From a candidate division FCPU426 bacterium (GTDB lineage: Bacteria > Oederibacteriota > PGYV01 > Palsa-1178), in NCBI GenBank assembly GCA_963840035.1, contig CAWIXE010000002.1:704001-768000 (forward strand): a stretch of DNA of 64,000 bases, read 5' to 3'. Below are positions 21,040 through 29,097 of the stretch, one piece after another. The notes under the pieces were generated by a model, which was given only the letters and a program-made list of their open reading frames with translations, was not told where the DNA came from and did not search any database. Numbering within the stretch: position 1 is the stretch's first letter; each line of letters begins with the position of its first letter. The position numbers and the translations under genes are program-made.

Positions 21040-21498
21040 ATGCAGGGGATAAAAAAGATTTCTTGGTCGCTTTATTTAATTGTTTTGATTTGTTTCATCA
21101 TGCCTTTTATGACCATATCTTGCGGGGGGCAGAAAGTTGTTACTCTTACGGGCGTCCAGATAGCTACGGGGTCGCAGATTGACGTTGGAGGGGGGCAGAT
21201 ACAGAAAATTGATCCTGAAGCGAGGATTGTCCTGGTTTTTCTTCTTTCACTTGCGGCGATGATAGTGCTTTTGACGGTTAAGACAAAGCCTGCTTATGTC
21301 GCGGCTTTGGTTTGTTCCGCGGCGTCTGTTATATTGCTTTACTGGTATAAAATTAAGGCTGATGCTGATATTGTGAAGCAGGGCGAGGGCATGCTGACTT
21401 CGACATATGACTTCGGTTACTGGCTTGTTTTGTTCCTGCTTGTTATTGGCATTGTTTTAATGTCTGTATTTGTATCGGAAAAAGGCAAAAGCAGCTAA
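21040..21498 (+). CDS. Hypothetical membrane protein (about 4 TM)
   Basis: Hydrophobic segments, MPF..SC and GYW motifs; GGAGG RBS. Confidence 0.75.
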   Translation: MQGIKKISWSLYLIVLICFIMPFMTISCGGQKVVTLTGVQIATGSQIDVGGGQIQKIDPEARIVLVFLLSLAAMIVLLTVKTKPAYVAALVCSAASVILLYWYKIKADADIVKQGEGMLTSTYDFGYWLVLFLLVIGIVLMSVFVSEKGKSS

Positions 21499-21502
21499 AT
21501 TT

Positions 21503-21573
21503 GTAGAGACGGGGTTCACCCCCTTCTCAAGGCAGAATATAAGGTTTGAGATAGGGGCAATCCCCGGATCTAC
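21503..21573. repeat. GTAG REP doublet
   Basis: GTAGAGACGGGGTTCACCCC...GGGGCAATCCCCGGATCTAC. Confidence 0.7.
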
Positions 21574-21593
21574 AAAATCTATGGAGGTGTTTT

Positions 21594-21959
21594 ATGGCGC
21601 GTGGGGAAGTAATCATTCACAAGGGGAAAAAGGTTGTGCATATAGACCTGTCCAACGGCATCCTTCCTGATGTAAAACAGGCAATCGAGGAAGCCGGGCA
21701 ATATATTTATAATCAACCTCAGGGGACGGTGCTTTGCTGGGTAAATACCGAGGGAACCAAGATGACGACGGAAATATCGGATGTGTTGAAGTCATTTACG
21801 TTAAAGAACAAGTCTTACATTAAGATGACGGCCATATCCGGCGTCGAGGGCGTGCAAAAAGTTGTCATAAGCGCCATTATCATGTTTACAAAACGTAACA
21901 ACCTTGTTGTAAAGAACAGCAGGGAAGAGGCGCTGGATTATCTGGCGTCTATCGGATAG
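21594..21959 (+). CDS. STAS/SEC14-like (SpoIIAA-like) small protein
   Basis: HKGKKVVHID, AISGVEG, terminal REEALDYL pattern. Confidence 0.6.
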   Translation: MARGEVIIHKGKKVVHIDLSNGILPDVKQAIEEAGQYIYNQPQGTVLCWVNTEGTKMTTEISDVLKSFTLKNKSYIKMTAISGVEGVQKVVISAIIMFTKRNNLVVKNSREEALDYLASIG

Positions 21960-22141
21960 AGTGCCAAAAAATTAAAGCGCGTATTGACTTTTGCTGATTT
22001 AACGGCTATATATAACTGTAAGGCTTTTAACCCTATTTAAATTCTAAAAAAACTAACCCGCTTATTGAACCCGCGCAAGGCCTTATTATTTAATAATATT
22101 GCATTTGTGTATTTGAATAATAAAAAAATCAGGAGGGGTCT

Positions 22142-23317
22142 ATGAGAAAAGTGTTTTTTTTGCCGGTTATTGCTTTATGTTTTGCTGTATTTTCGTTTGG
22201 CGCGGATAAGATTGCCGGGGCCGCCGGGGATTTTAGTTTTGTACAGATGTCGGATACGCACTGGGGTTTTAACAAGCCTGAGATAAACCCTGATTTTGCG
22301 GGAACGCTGAAGAAGGCGGTTGCAGAAGTAAATGCCCTCGATCCGAAACCGGATTTTGTGGTTTTTACCGGAGACCTGACGCACAGCACTGCGGACAAAG
22401 CTGAGCGAAAGAAACGGCTGCTTGAGTTCAAAGAAATCACTAAGACGCTGAATGTAAAAAATATAAAGTACCTGCCGGGCGAGCATGATGCCGGCATGGA
22501 CAGGGGTGAAGTCTATAAAGAGGTATTGGGTAAAACTTATTATGCGTTTGACCACAAAGGCGTCCACTTCATAGTGCTTGATAATGTTTCAGCGCCTGAT
22601 TCCACAATCGGGGAGAAGCAGCTGCTGTGGCTGAAAACAACGCTGGGAAAGTTAGACCGGTCATCAAGAATTGTGGTTTTTACGCACAGGCCGCTTTTTG
22701 AGCTCAGCGCGCAGTGGGACTGGTGGACAAAGGACGGTGACAGGGCAATTGATTTGCTTAAACCCTTTAAAAATGTCACTGTATTTTACGGGCATATACA
22801 CAATGAGAATACCCATATAACAGAGCAGATAGTTTTTCATGCGGCAAAAAGCCTTATGTACCGGCTGACGTGGCTTGGAACGGCGGAGCATAAGGCGCCG
22901 GTGCCCTGGGACGCAGATATGCCATATGCGGGCCTTGGTTTCCGCACCGTAGGCATAACAAAAGATAAGCCCGAATGCATTGTGACGGAATATCCGATTA
23001 ATTCCAATGAAGGGATACCGGCGGCGCTTACTGAACCGGTCGCGCAGGTATGTAAGATCCAGGCTGGTGATTTTTTCTTCAGGCCTGACGAAATCAGGGT
23101 GAAAATGGGATCGCCCGTTTCCATAGAGCTTACTTCGCTGGATGAACTGCACAGTTTTTATTGTCATGATCTCGGAATCCGTTCGGATATTGTGCCCGGC
23201 GAAGTAAAAGTCGTGCGTTTTACGCCCATGAAGGAAGGGACATATGTATTTAACGACGACCTGTTTGTGGGCGAAGGCTATGACGATATGGTTGGAAAGA
23301 TCGTTGTTGAAAAATAA
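22142..23317 (+). CDS. Secreted metallophosphoesterase fused to a cupredoxin-like domain
   Basis: SDTH, TGDL, PGEHD, HRP, GHIH; C-terminal FRPDEIRVKMG...HSF...GTY...MVGKIVV. Confidence 0.85.
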   Translation: MRKVFFLPVIALCFAVFSFGADKIAGAAGDFSFVQMSDTHWGFNKPEINPDFAGTLKKAVAEVNALDPKPDFVVFTGDLTHSTADKAERKKRLLEFKEITKTLNVKNIKYLPGEHDAGMDRGEVYKEVLGKTYYAFDHKGVHFIVLDNVSAPDSTIGEKQLLWLKTTLGKLDRSSRIVVFTHRPLFELSAQWDWWTKDGDRAIDLLKPFKNVTVFYGHIHNENTHITEQIVFHAAKSLMYRLTWLGTAEHKAPVPWDADMPYAGLGFRTVGITKDKPECIVTEYPINSNEGIPAALTEPVAQVCKIQAGDFFFRPDEIRVKMGSPVSIELTSLDELHSFYCHDLGIRSDIVPGEVKVVRFTPMKEGTYVFNDDLFVGEGYDDMVGKIVVEK

Positions 23318-23370
23318 CGGACAACCGGATATTTTACCGTGTGCGTACAATCAATAATAAGGCGGCAAAT

Positions 23371-23604
23371 ATGGCATCAAAAGAAAATATTGTGAAAGAG
23401 AATGTGGCTGGGAAATACTATGTGGATGACCAGTGCATATCGTGCGAGTTGTGCGTATCCACCGCTCCACTTTGCTTTAAGATGGCGGGCGACGGCTCGC
23501 ACGCGTATGTGTTCAGCCAGCCGAAAGGGTTTGAAGAAGGGGAGGCGTGCAGGGAGTCCATGGGGGAATGTCCTGTCTTTGCCATAGGCGACGACGGGCA
23601 ATGA
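23371..23604 (+). CDS. Monocluster ferredoxin
   Basis: CISCELC...CPVFAIG. Confidence 0.9.
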   Translation: MASKENIVKENVAGKYYVDDQCISCELCVSTAPLCFKMAGDGSHAYVFSQPKGFEEGEACRESMGECPVFAIGDDGQ

Positions 23605-23647
23605 GCCGAGGCGCTTTGGCGTCAAATAATTTACATGTGGGGGGTAT

Positions 23648-24967
23648 ATGAAAAAGTTATTTGTATTCGTTTTGTCAGCTCTGTTTTTTGCTTCTCCGCG
23701 GGGCTCGGCGTATGATGGCGCCAAAAATAATGAATACAAAGGCGGTCAATCCAGACAGCATGCCGTGAGCGGCCAGTCAGCGGCCGGCGCGGCGCAGCGA
23801 AATTCAGCCGATGAAATGAAGAAATACGGCGGGAATTTTGAAAAACTCCGGAATACGGAATCTGACGCCATTAGTATTGAACTGCCATCAAGCGGCTTTA
23901 AGAACCGCAATTTCCCTTTTGATGCGCAAAACAGAAAAAAACAGGAAACCGGCATGGAACCGTCATACGGAATATTAAAGTGGAACAGCGGCCAAACCCC
24001 GGCAAAGCCTGAAAAAAAATACTCCGCAAAAAATGACTCTGAAAACGGGCCTGTGCCGGAAGCGCATATAAAAAATGAGGGATTCAGGGCATATGGAGGA
24101 AAAACAACGGCGCGCGCAGCGCATAACCGGCCGCGCAGCGAGGATGTAACTAAGAAAAGACTTGGTGAGCTTGGCGTGAATTTTGAGCCTTCTTACATTA
24201 CAAAACGGGAGGAAGTCATACACACCGACAGGTTGCACTCAAGCATAAATTACCCTAAGCAAGGGCTCAATAAAAAGGCGATAAATGCGCTGCCGTTTTC
24301 TTACCGGCACTTCAATGACAGCGCCATAAAATCACGGATGGCGCTCATATCGGGGCTGTCATGGCAAAAAAAGGTGATGGATTTAAACAAGTCTGAAACA
24401 ATGTCAAATAATTATTACTGGCATAAAGACAGGGATTTTGATTATTGCCATGTGATTGACTCTTCGGGTTATCACTGGTACGGCTTGTACGCGGGTGACA
24501 GGTTTTTCTGGTTGAGATTTTTCAGCAACCGCTGGTGGTGGTATGACGCTGACTTTGACCGCTGGTGTTTCTGGAATAACGGTTTCTGGTGGTGGCAGGA
24601 CCCGTATCATTTCGGCGATATATATCTTTATAATGAAACGGATTATATACCGTGTAACACATCGGAAGATTCCGTGCTTGTCAATGTACCGCAGACATCC
24701 GGGGAACAGTCATATACAAGCCAGGATAAAAGAAGGACTGTCAAAATTCTTTCTGATGCGCGCGACGCGTTTTTATACGACAATACCGCACCCCCGGCGT
24801 TTAACCCGGTTTATCTCGCTTCAGGGGTAAAAGAAGTGATGTTCTCCGGCGGCGGAAACGGGGTTCCGCTCGAGATAATATTGAAACTCGAAAATAATAC
24901 ATTTAACATGTTTGACGACCGTGGCAGGCCGTTTATCAGTCCCGGTAGGGAAGAAGATGGCCGATAA
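23648..24967 (+). CDS. Secreted hypothetical protein with a Trp/Tyr-rich region
   Basis: Signal peptide, low-complexity N-terminal half, YHWYG...RWWWYD...FWWWQDP. Confidence 0.65.
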   Translation: MKKLFVFVLSALFFASPRGSAYDGAKNNEYKGGQSRQHAVSGQSAAGAAQRNSADEMKKYGGNFEKLRNTESDAISIELPSSGFKNRNFPFDAQNRKKQETGMEPSYGILKWNSGQTPAKPEKKYSAKNDSENGPVPEAHIKNEGFRAYGGKTTARAAHNRPRSEDVTKKRLGELGVNFEPSYITKREEVIHTDRLHSSINYPKQGLNKKAINALPFSYRHFNDSAIKSRMALISGLSWQKKVMDLNKSETMSNNYYWHKDRDFDYCHVIDSSGYHWYGLYAGDRFFWLRFFSNRWWWYDADFDRWCFWNNGFWWWQDPYHFGDIYLYNETDYIPCNTSEDSVLVNVPQTSGEQSYTSQDKRRTVKILSDARDAFLYDNTAPPAFNPVYLASGVKEVMFSGGGNGVPLEIILKLENNTFNMFDDRGRPFISPGREEDGR

Positions 24968-24996
24968 AAGGATTGGCCATCACAAGAGCTTAAGAC

Positions 24997-25033
24997 ATGC
25001 CGGCCCGCGTACGCGGGTCGGCATTATTTTTTT
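24997..25033 (+). terminator. Intrinsic terminator
   Basis: ATGCCGGCCCGCG-TA-CGCGGGTCGGCAT followed by a T tract. Confidence 0.8.
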
Positions 25034-25115
25034 AAAGATTTCCCGCTTATTTTAGGCGCTTATATGATAACATATCAGTTATAATTATTTAAATAATGAT
25101 AAAAGGACGGAAAAA

Positions 25116-25619
25116 ATGAGAAAAAAAACACTGATGGCGGCCTTGCTTGCCGTGATTATTTTAAGTTCCTGCGCTTCGCTGTATATAAAACCGGCTATCC
25201 AAGCCACGTTATATAAACAGCAGGTGCCCGGGAACGCTGCTGTTATTTTCAAAGCCGCACTTTACATACTGCCGGCGCTCGGATATAAGATTGAAGGCAG
25301 CAGCCAGAAGGATGGCTCCATCACAACATCGCCTGTGGAAATAACCGTGGACCCGTCAACATGCGATTGCGGCAGCAGCCTGGGGCTGCCCGTAATCAAA
25401 AGTAAAGGCACAAAGGCAAAAGTTTATTTTATCATAGGGGTATCAAACAACGAGCTCACCGTAAAGGCCGAGATAGAACCGGTAATGGACGACCTGATGA
25501 GCGCGATAGGCGCGGCTGCGAATATAGTGTGCGTTTCAAAAGGAAAGCTTGAAGACACCCTTGCCAAAAATTTTATTGGTAAAATGAAAACCAATGTTTT
25601 GCAGATGCTTTTTAAATAA
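25116..25619 (+). CDS. Hypothetical lipoprotein
   Basis: Lipobox LSS-C; CDCG motif. Confidence 0.75.
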   Translation: MRKKTLMAALLAVIILSSCASLYIKPAIQATLYKQQVPGNAAVIFKAALYILPALGYKIEGSSQKDGSITTSPVEITVDPSTCDCGSSLGLPVIKSKGTKAKVYFIIGVSNNELTVKAEIEPVMDDLMSAIGAAANIVCVSKGKLEDTLAKNFIGKMKTNVLQMLFK

Positions 25620-25657
25620 AAATTGGATGATTATATGAATATTAAAGGGGCACATTT

Positions 25658-27373
25658 TTGAAAAAACTTATGATTTTAGTTCTTGTTGCATACGCGCTTG
25701 TCTCCGGATGTGTGGATAAGCCGAAAAAGGCTTCGATTCCCGATAATAAACCCGTTGAAACTGCGGAATATATTATGGCTGAAGATTGTATAGTTGTACG
25801 CGGCGTGAAATTTTACCTTGAAGACTCAAAAATGGCGGCGCGTAGGAATAACGACGCGGGTTCGGCCGTCATACAGGATTCGGCCATGGGAAAATACACT
25901 TATATATTTGTTGAGACTTTAGGTTCGGACGCGCGTGATTGCTGGATATTGGATAATTTGACCAAAAGACAGGTGAAATTGGCGCTAAAGAATCCGGGCA
26001 TCCCGGAAGGCGTGCAGTGGTATGGAGATGCGGTTTTAAGGATGGATTATGGCCGCCAGAGAGGAACAACGGCCTCTTTTTACAGGGCCGGCAACCCCGG
26101 GGAAAGTGTTGAAATTAACGATCCCGTATATTATGACCTGTCAAGCGATGTGCTTATTTATGGCGACCGGGATAGCCTGGAAAAAATCGTTGAACATGAG
26201 GATGTTTTTTTTCGCGCAAGAATTCTGGTTCAAAAAGGGCTGTTTAAATCCTTAAAACAAAATACCTTTATGCATGTTTTCTCGACCGGAAGTGATGATG
26301 TGAATTTTAACGCAAAGGATAGCGTGCTCGCGCGCGGGATACTAAAACTCACACTGGAGAATTCGATAATATGTGTCGACCTGGAAAGGCTGGAAGTGAT
26401 CACGTGCCCGCTTGGTTTTATTGATGAAAGCAAGGACTGGTTAAACGGCACCGAGGGGCATGAAACACGGAAAGAACCTGTATCTGAAGTGGCGCCGATA
26501 CGCAGTTCATGGATACTGCGCAATAGTGACCCGGGCTTTGGGGTGAGGTCGGAGCTCACATGCATCAATTATAAAGGCCGGCTATGGGTCATAGCGGGTA
26601 TGGGAAATCAGATATATTATAACGACATTTGGAATACGTCTGACGGCACAAACTGGGAATGCGTTAATAAAGAAGCTGAATTCAGCGCCAGATACGGACA
26701 CTCAAGCGTTGTTTTTAATGATAAAATGTGGGTTATTGGCGGTTATACAGGGCAATATTGCGACGATGTGTGGTATTCATCAGACGCGCAACGCTGGACA
26801 CGCGCGACCGCCGAGGCGGGTTTTGGCGCCAGGGCAGATCACACGAGCGTTGTTTTTAAGAATGCCATATGGGTTATTGGAGGAAGCATAACCGGGCCTA
26901 CTATTGTCAAAGATGTTTGGAAATCAACAGATGGAGAACACTGGGAACTGGCAACAGCTTCACCTGGTTTTGCTCCAAGGAGGCTGCATACATCGGTTGT
27001 TTTTGACGGCAGGATGTGGGTGATAGGCGGAAATGACTGGAATGCGCTATACAATGATGTTTGGTATTCATATGACGGTGTTAAATGGTCGATGGCAACA
27101 GAACATGCGCCTTTTAAAGCGCGGTATGTCCATACGAGTTTTGTATTTGACAATAAAATATGGGTCGTTGCCGGAGCGGATAGTGATGGATATATGAATG
27201 ATTCGTGGTATACTACTGACGGCAAAAACTGGATTCAGGCTGAAAAAAATGCAGCTTTTGTGGAACGCGCTGTTTGCGCGGGAGAAGTTTTTAACGGAAA
27301 AATGTGGCTGATTGGAGGCGCTGTTTTTAAGCCGGCGCATATGTCCATAAATGAGGTATGGAGTACAAGGTAA
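25658..27373 (+). CDS. Lipoprotein with a C-terminal Kelch-like propeller
   Basis: Lipobox VSG-C; six repeats FxARxxHxSVVFxxKMWVIGG...NDVWxSxDG. Confidence 0.85.
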   Translation: MKKLMILVLVAYALVSGCVDKPKKASIPDNKPVETAEYIMAEDCIVVRGVKFYLEDSKMAARRNNDAGSAVIQDSAMGKYTYIFVETLGSDARDCWILDNLTKRQVKLALKNPGIPEGVQWYGDAVLRMDYGRQRGTTASFYRAGNPGESVEINDPVYYDLSSDVLIYGDRDSLEKIVEHEDVFFRARILVQKGLFKSLKQNTFMHVFSTGSDDVNFNAKDSVLARGILKLTLENSIICVDLERLEVITCPLGFIDESKDWLNGTEGHETRKEPVSEVAPIRSSWILRNSDPGFGVRSELTCINYKGRLWVIAGMGNQIYYNDIWNTSDGTNWECVNKEAEFSARYGHSSVVFNDKMWVIGGYTGQYCDDVWYSSDAQRWTRATAEAGFGARADHTSVVFKNAIWVIGGSITGPTIVKDVWKSTDGEHWELATASPGFAPRRLHTSVVFDGRMWVIGGNDWNALYNDVWYSYDGVKWSMATEHAPFKARYVHTSFVFDNKIWVVAGADSDGYMNDSWYTTDGKNWIQAEKNAAFVERAVCAGEVFNGKMWLIGGAVFKPAHMSINEVWSTR

Positions 27374-27419
27374 AAATTTGGTTATTGATGTCTGATAAAA
27401 TTGAAGAAGGAGGTAAAAC

Positions 27420-27596
27420 ATGGGAAACATGAAGTCGAAAAGGGTCAGGAGAGCCGAAGCGGGAACACGCCAGGCTAAGAAAAGGGTTGAGCATATCGCG
27501 AAACGCAAGGCTGCAGGCGCGGCCGCGGGTAAAGTTGTGGTAAAGGCGGCAGCTCCGAAAGCCGCGGCACCGAAAGCAGCACCAAAAGCAAAGTAG
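27420..27596 (+). CDS. 58-aa Lys/Ala/Arg-rich basic protein (not in ORF track)
   Basis: AGGAGG RBS; MGNMKSKRVRRAEAGTRQAKKRVEHIAKRKAAGAAAGKVVVKAAAPKAAAPKAAPKAK. Confidence 0.8.
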   Translation: MGNMKSKRVRRAEAGTRQAKKRVEHIAKRKAAGAAAGKVVVKAAAPKAAAPKAAPKAK

Positions 27597-27748
27597 TTCA
27601 AAGCCACAAAGACGCCCTAAAACGGAGGATGCGCCTAAAAAGCGCGGCTCCGGGTGGGCGGGTTGTAAGGTAATAGTGAGTAGTGTGTGGTGGGTAGTGA
27701 TTGGCGGACGGCGGGCTGATACTGAATAACAATCATAAAACAAAAAAG

Positions 27749-27801
27749 TTGACTTTTTTGCCTTTATATTGTATCATTACAATATGGTATAAATACAATA
27801 T
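27749..27801 (+). promoter_or_regulatory. PadR gene promoter with tandem palindromic operators
   Basis: TTGACT-17bp-TATCAT; ATATTGTA-N4-TACAATAT (27766-27785) and ATATGGTA-N4-TACAATAT (27782-27801). Confidence 0.75.
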
Positions 27802-27811
27802 GGAGGTGGTT

Positions 27812-28336
27812 ATGGAACTTTCGGTAAAAGAAACGGCATTACTCGGGCTTTTGATGGAACAGCCCAGGCACGCGTACTCTATAGAACAGGAGATAAAGTT
27901 CAGGGACATGCGTTACTGGGTGGGTATATCGATGTCGTCGATATATAAACTTTTAACCGCGCTTGAAAAACAAAAACTGGTCAAAAGCGCAAACAGAATT
28001 GAAAAAGGAAAAACACAAAAAGTTTATACCCTGACTCCTGACGGTGAAAAAATGTTCAGGCTTAAGGTCATACAGCTGCTTTCTGTGCCGGAACACACCA
28101 GGTGGAACGTGGATGTGGGGATTGCTTTTGCCAAATTGCTGACAAAAAGCGAGACAAAATCATGCATGAAACAATACCTTCAGGGGCTTGAGGAAAAGGT
28201 AAAAGGTTATACCGCGCTTGAAGAGTTTTTAACTGAAAACAAGGCAACACCCGAAAACATGGGGCTTGCCACGCGTCCGATAGCTTTATATAAAGCTGAA
28301 ATAAAATGGGCAAAAGAATACGTGAAAAGCCTTTAG
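27812..28336 (+). CDS. PadR family transcriptional regulator
   Basis: LLGLL..PRHAY, SSIYKLLTALE, KVYTLTPDG; GGAGG RBS before ATG 27812. Confidence 0.9.
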   Translation: MELSVKETALLGLLMEQPRHAYSIEQEIKFRDMRYWVGISMSSIYKLLTALEKQKLVKSANRIEKGKTQKVYTLTPDGEKMFRLKVIQLLSVPEHTRWNVDVGIAFAKLLTKSETKSCMKQYLQGLEEKVKGYTALEEFLTENKATPENMGLATRPIALYKAEIKWAKEYVKSL

Positions 28337-28349
28337 ACACGGCTTTAAA

Positions 28350-28548
28350 GATATTGTCAAGAATTGTGTGTAAATTGTTTTGTTCTTTTTTCCCTCTCCC
28401 CTTGGGAGAGGGTAGGGTGAGGGGAACAAGCCAATTGGTTTCACCTCACCCCGGCCCCTCTCCTAAGAGGAGAGGGGGAAGTCGTTTATAATGGAAACAA
28501 ACATATTTTACGGCCAAAATGAATTTACACACTATTATATACAATACC
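28350..28548. mobile_element. 199-bp MITE with IS256-family-like ends
   Basis: 27-bp terminal IRs, 22/27 identical (GATATTGTCAAGAATTGTGTGTAAATT / GGTATTGTATATAATAGTGTGTAAATT); 9-bp direct repeat GGCTTTAAA at 28341-28349 and 28549-28557. Confidence 0.8.
28391..28480. repeat. CCCTCTCCC-type palindromic repeat doublet nested in the MITE
   Basis: CCCTCTCCCCTTGGGAGAGGGTAGGGTGAGG ... CCTCACCCCGGCCCCTCTCCTAAGAGGAGAGGGG. Confidence 0.8.
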
Positions 28549-28564
28549 GGCTTTAAAACGCGAA

Positions 28565-28593
28565 TTGACACTGCCGGATATTTGTAGTACACT
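28565..28593 (+). promoter_or_regulatory. Sigma70-type promoter of TM1266-hydG
   Basis: TTGACA-17bp-TACACT. Confidence 0.75.
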
Positions 28594-28599
28594 GATTTA

Positions 28600-28767
28600 G
28601 TAGTAATTGATGAGCCGGAAGGTTGTTCCTTACGGCGAATCTATGGCATAAAAAAGAGATTGCGCTGATTCAAGAGGGTTTATCCCGATTGTGAAGGCAA
28701 GATAATAGATGAGAAAGGCAATTACTCATATTATCCCCGCGCTTTCGGCGCGGGGATTTTTCATTTT
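28600..28767 (+). ncRNA. Candidate cis-regulatory leader RNA (multistem junction plus intrinsic terminator)
   Basis: P1 AGTAATTG/CAATTACT, internal stems, then 10-bp terminator ATCCCCGCGC/GCGCGGGGAT and a T tract before the RBS. Confidence 0.6.
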
Positions 28768-28779
28768 AAGGAGGCTGCA

Positions 28780-29055
28780 ATGGAAACAAGGATAGCTGTT
28801 GTGAGTATCATAGTTGAGGAAGCTGAAGTGGTTGAAAACTTAAACGCAATTATACATGATTACAGGAAATATATCATTGGCCGCCTGGGCATTCCGTATC
28901 AGAAACAGAACATTTCAGTCATTTGCATTGTCATGGATGCCCCGAATGACGCTATTAGCGCCTTCTCGGGCAAGCTCGGCATGCTCGCAGGCGTGACTAC
29001 AAAGACAGCGTATTCAAGGCTTTTTAACGATGATAAAGAGAACAAGACGGAATAA
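28780..29055 (+). CDS. TM1266-family iron-only hydrogenase system regulator (ACT-like)
   Basis: METRIAVVSIIVE...IIGRLGIPY...SGKLG. Confidence 0.9.
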   Translation: METRIAVVSIIVEEAEVVENLNAIIHDYRKYIIGRLGIPYQKQNISVICIVMDAPNDAISAFSGKLGMLAGVTTKTAYSRLFNDDKENKTE

Positions 29056-29097
29056 TAAAAACCGCGGTTAAAAATGCCGCGAAATATGAGGTGAAAT

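Noticed and set aside
25065..25077. TGATA-N3-TATCA palindrome, also near 38349
   Set aside because: Short, AT-rich and overlapping probable -10 regions; two instances are not enough to call an operator
28306..28491. 61-aa ORF
   Set aside because: Translation of the MITE and palindromic repeat (PLPLGEGRVRG is typical repeat-derived pseudo-protein)
28607..28712. Hammerhead ribozyme (TGATGA-stem-GAA resemblance) or SAM-I riboswitch (AGAGGG..CCCGAT, AGATGAG)
   Set aside because: The core reads UUGAUGA/GAAU rather than CUGAUGA/GAAA and stem I does not follow the cleavage position; SAM-I P1, P3 and pseudoknot elements are missing. Kept only as an unclassified leader
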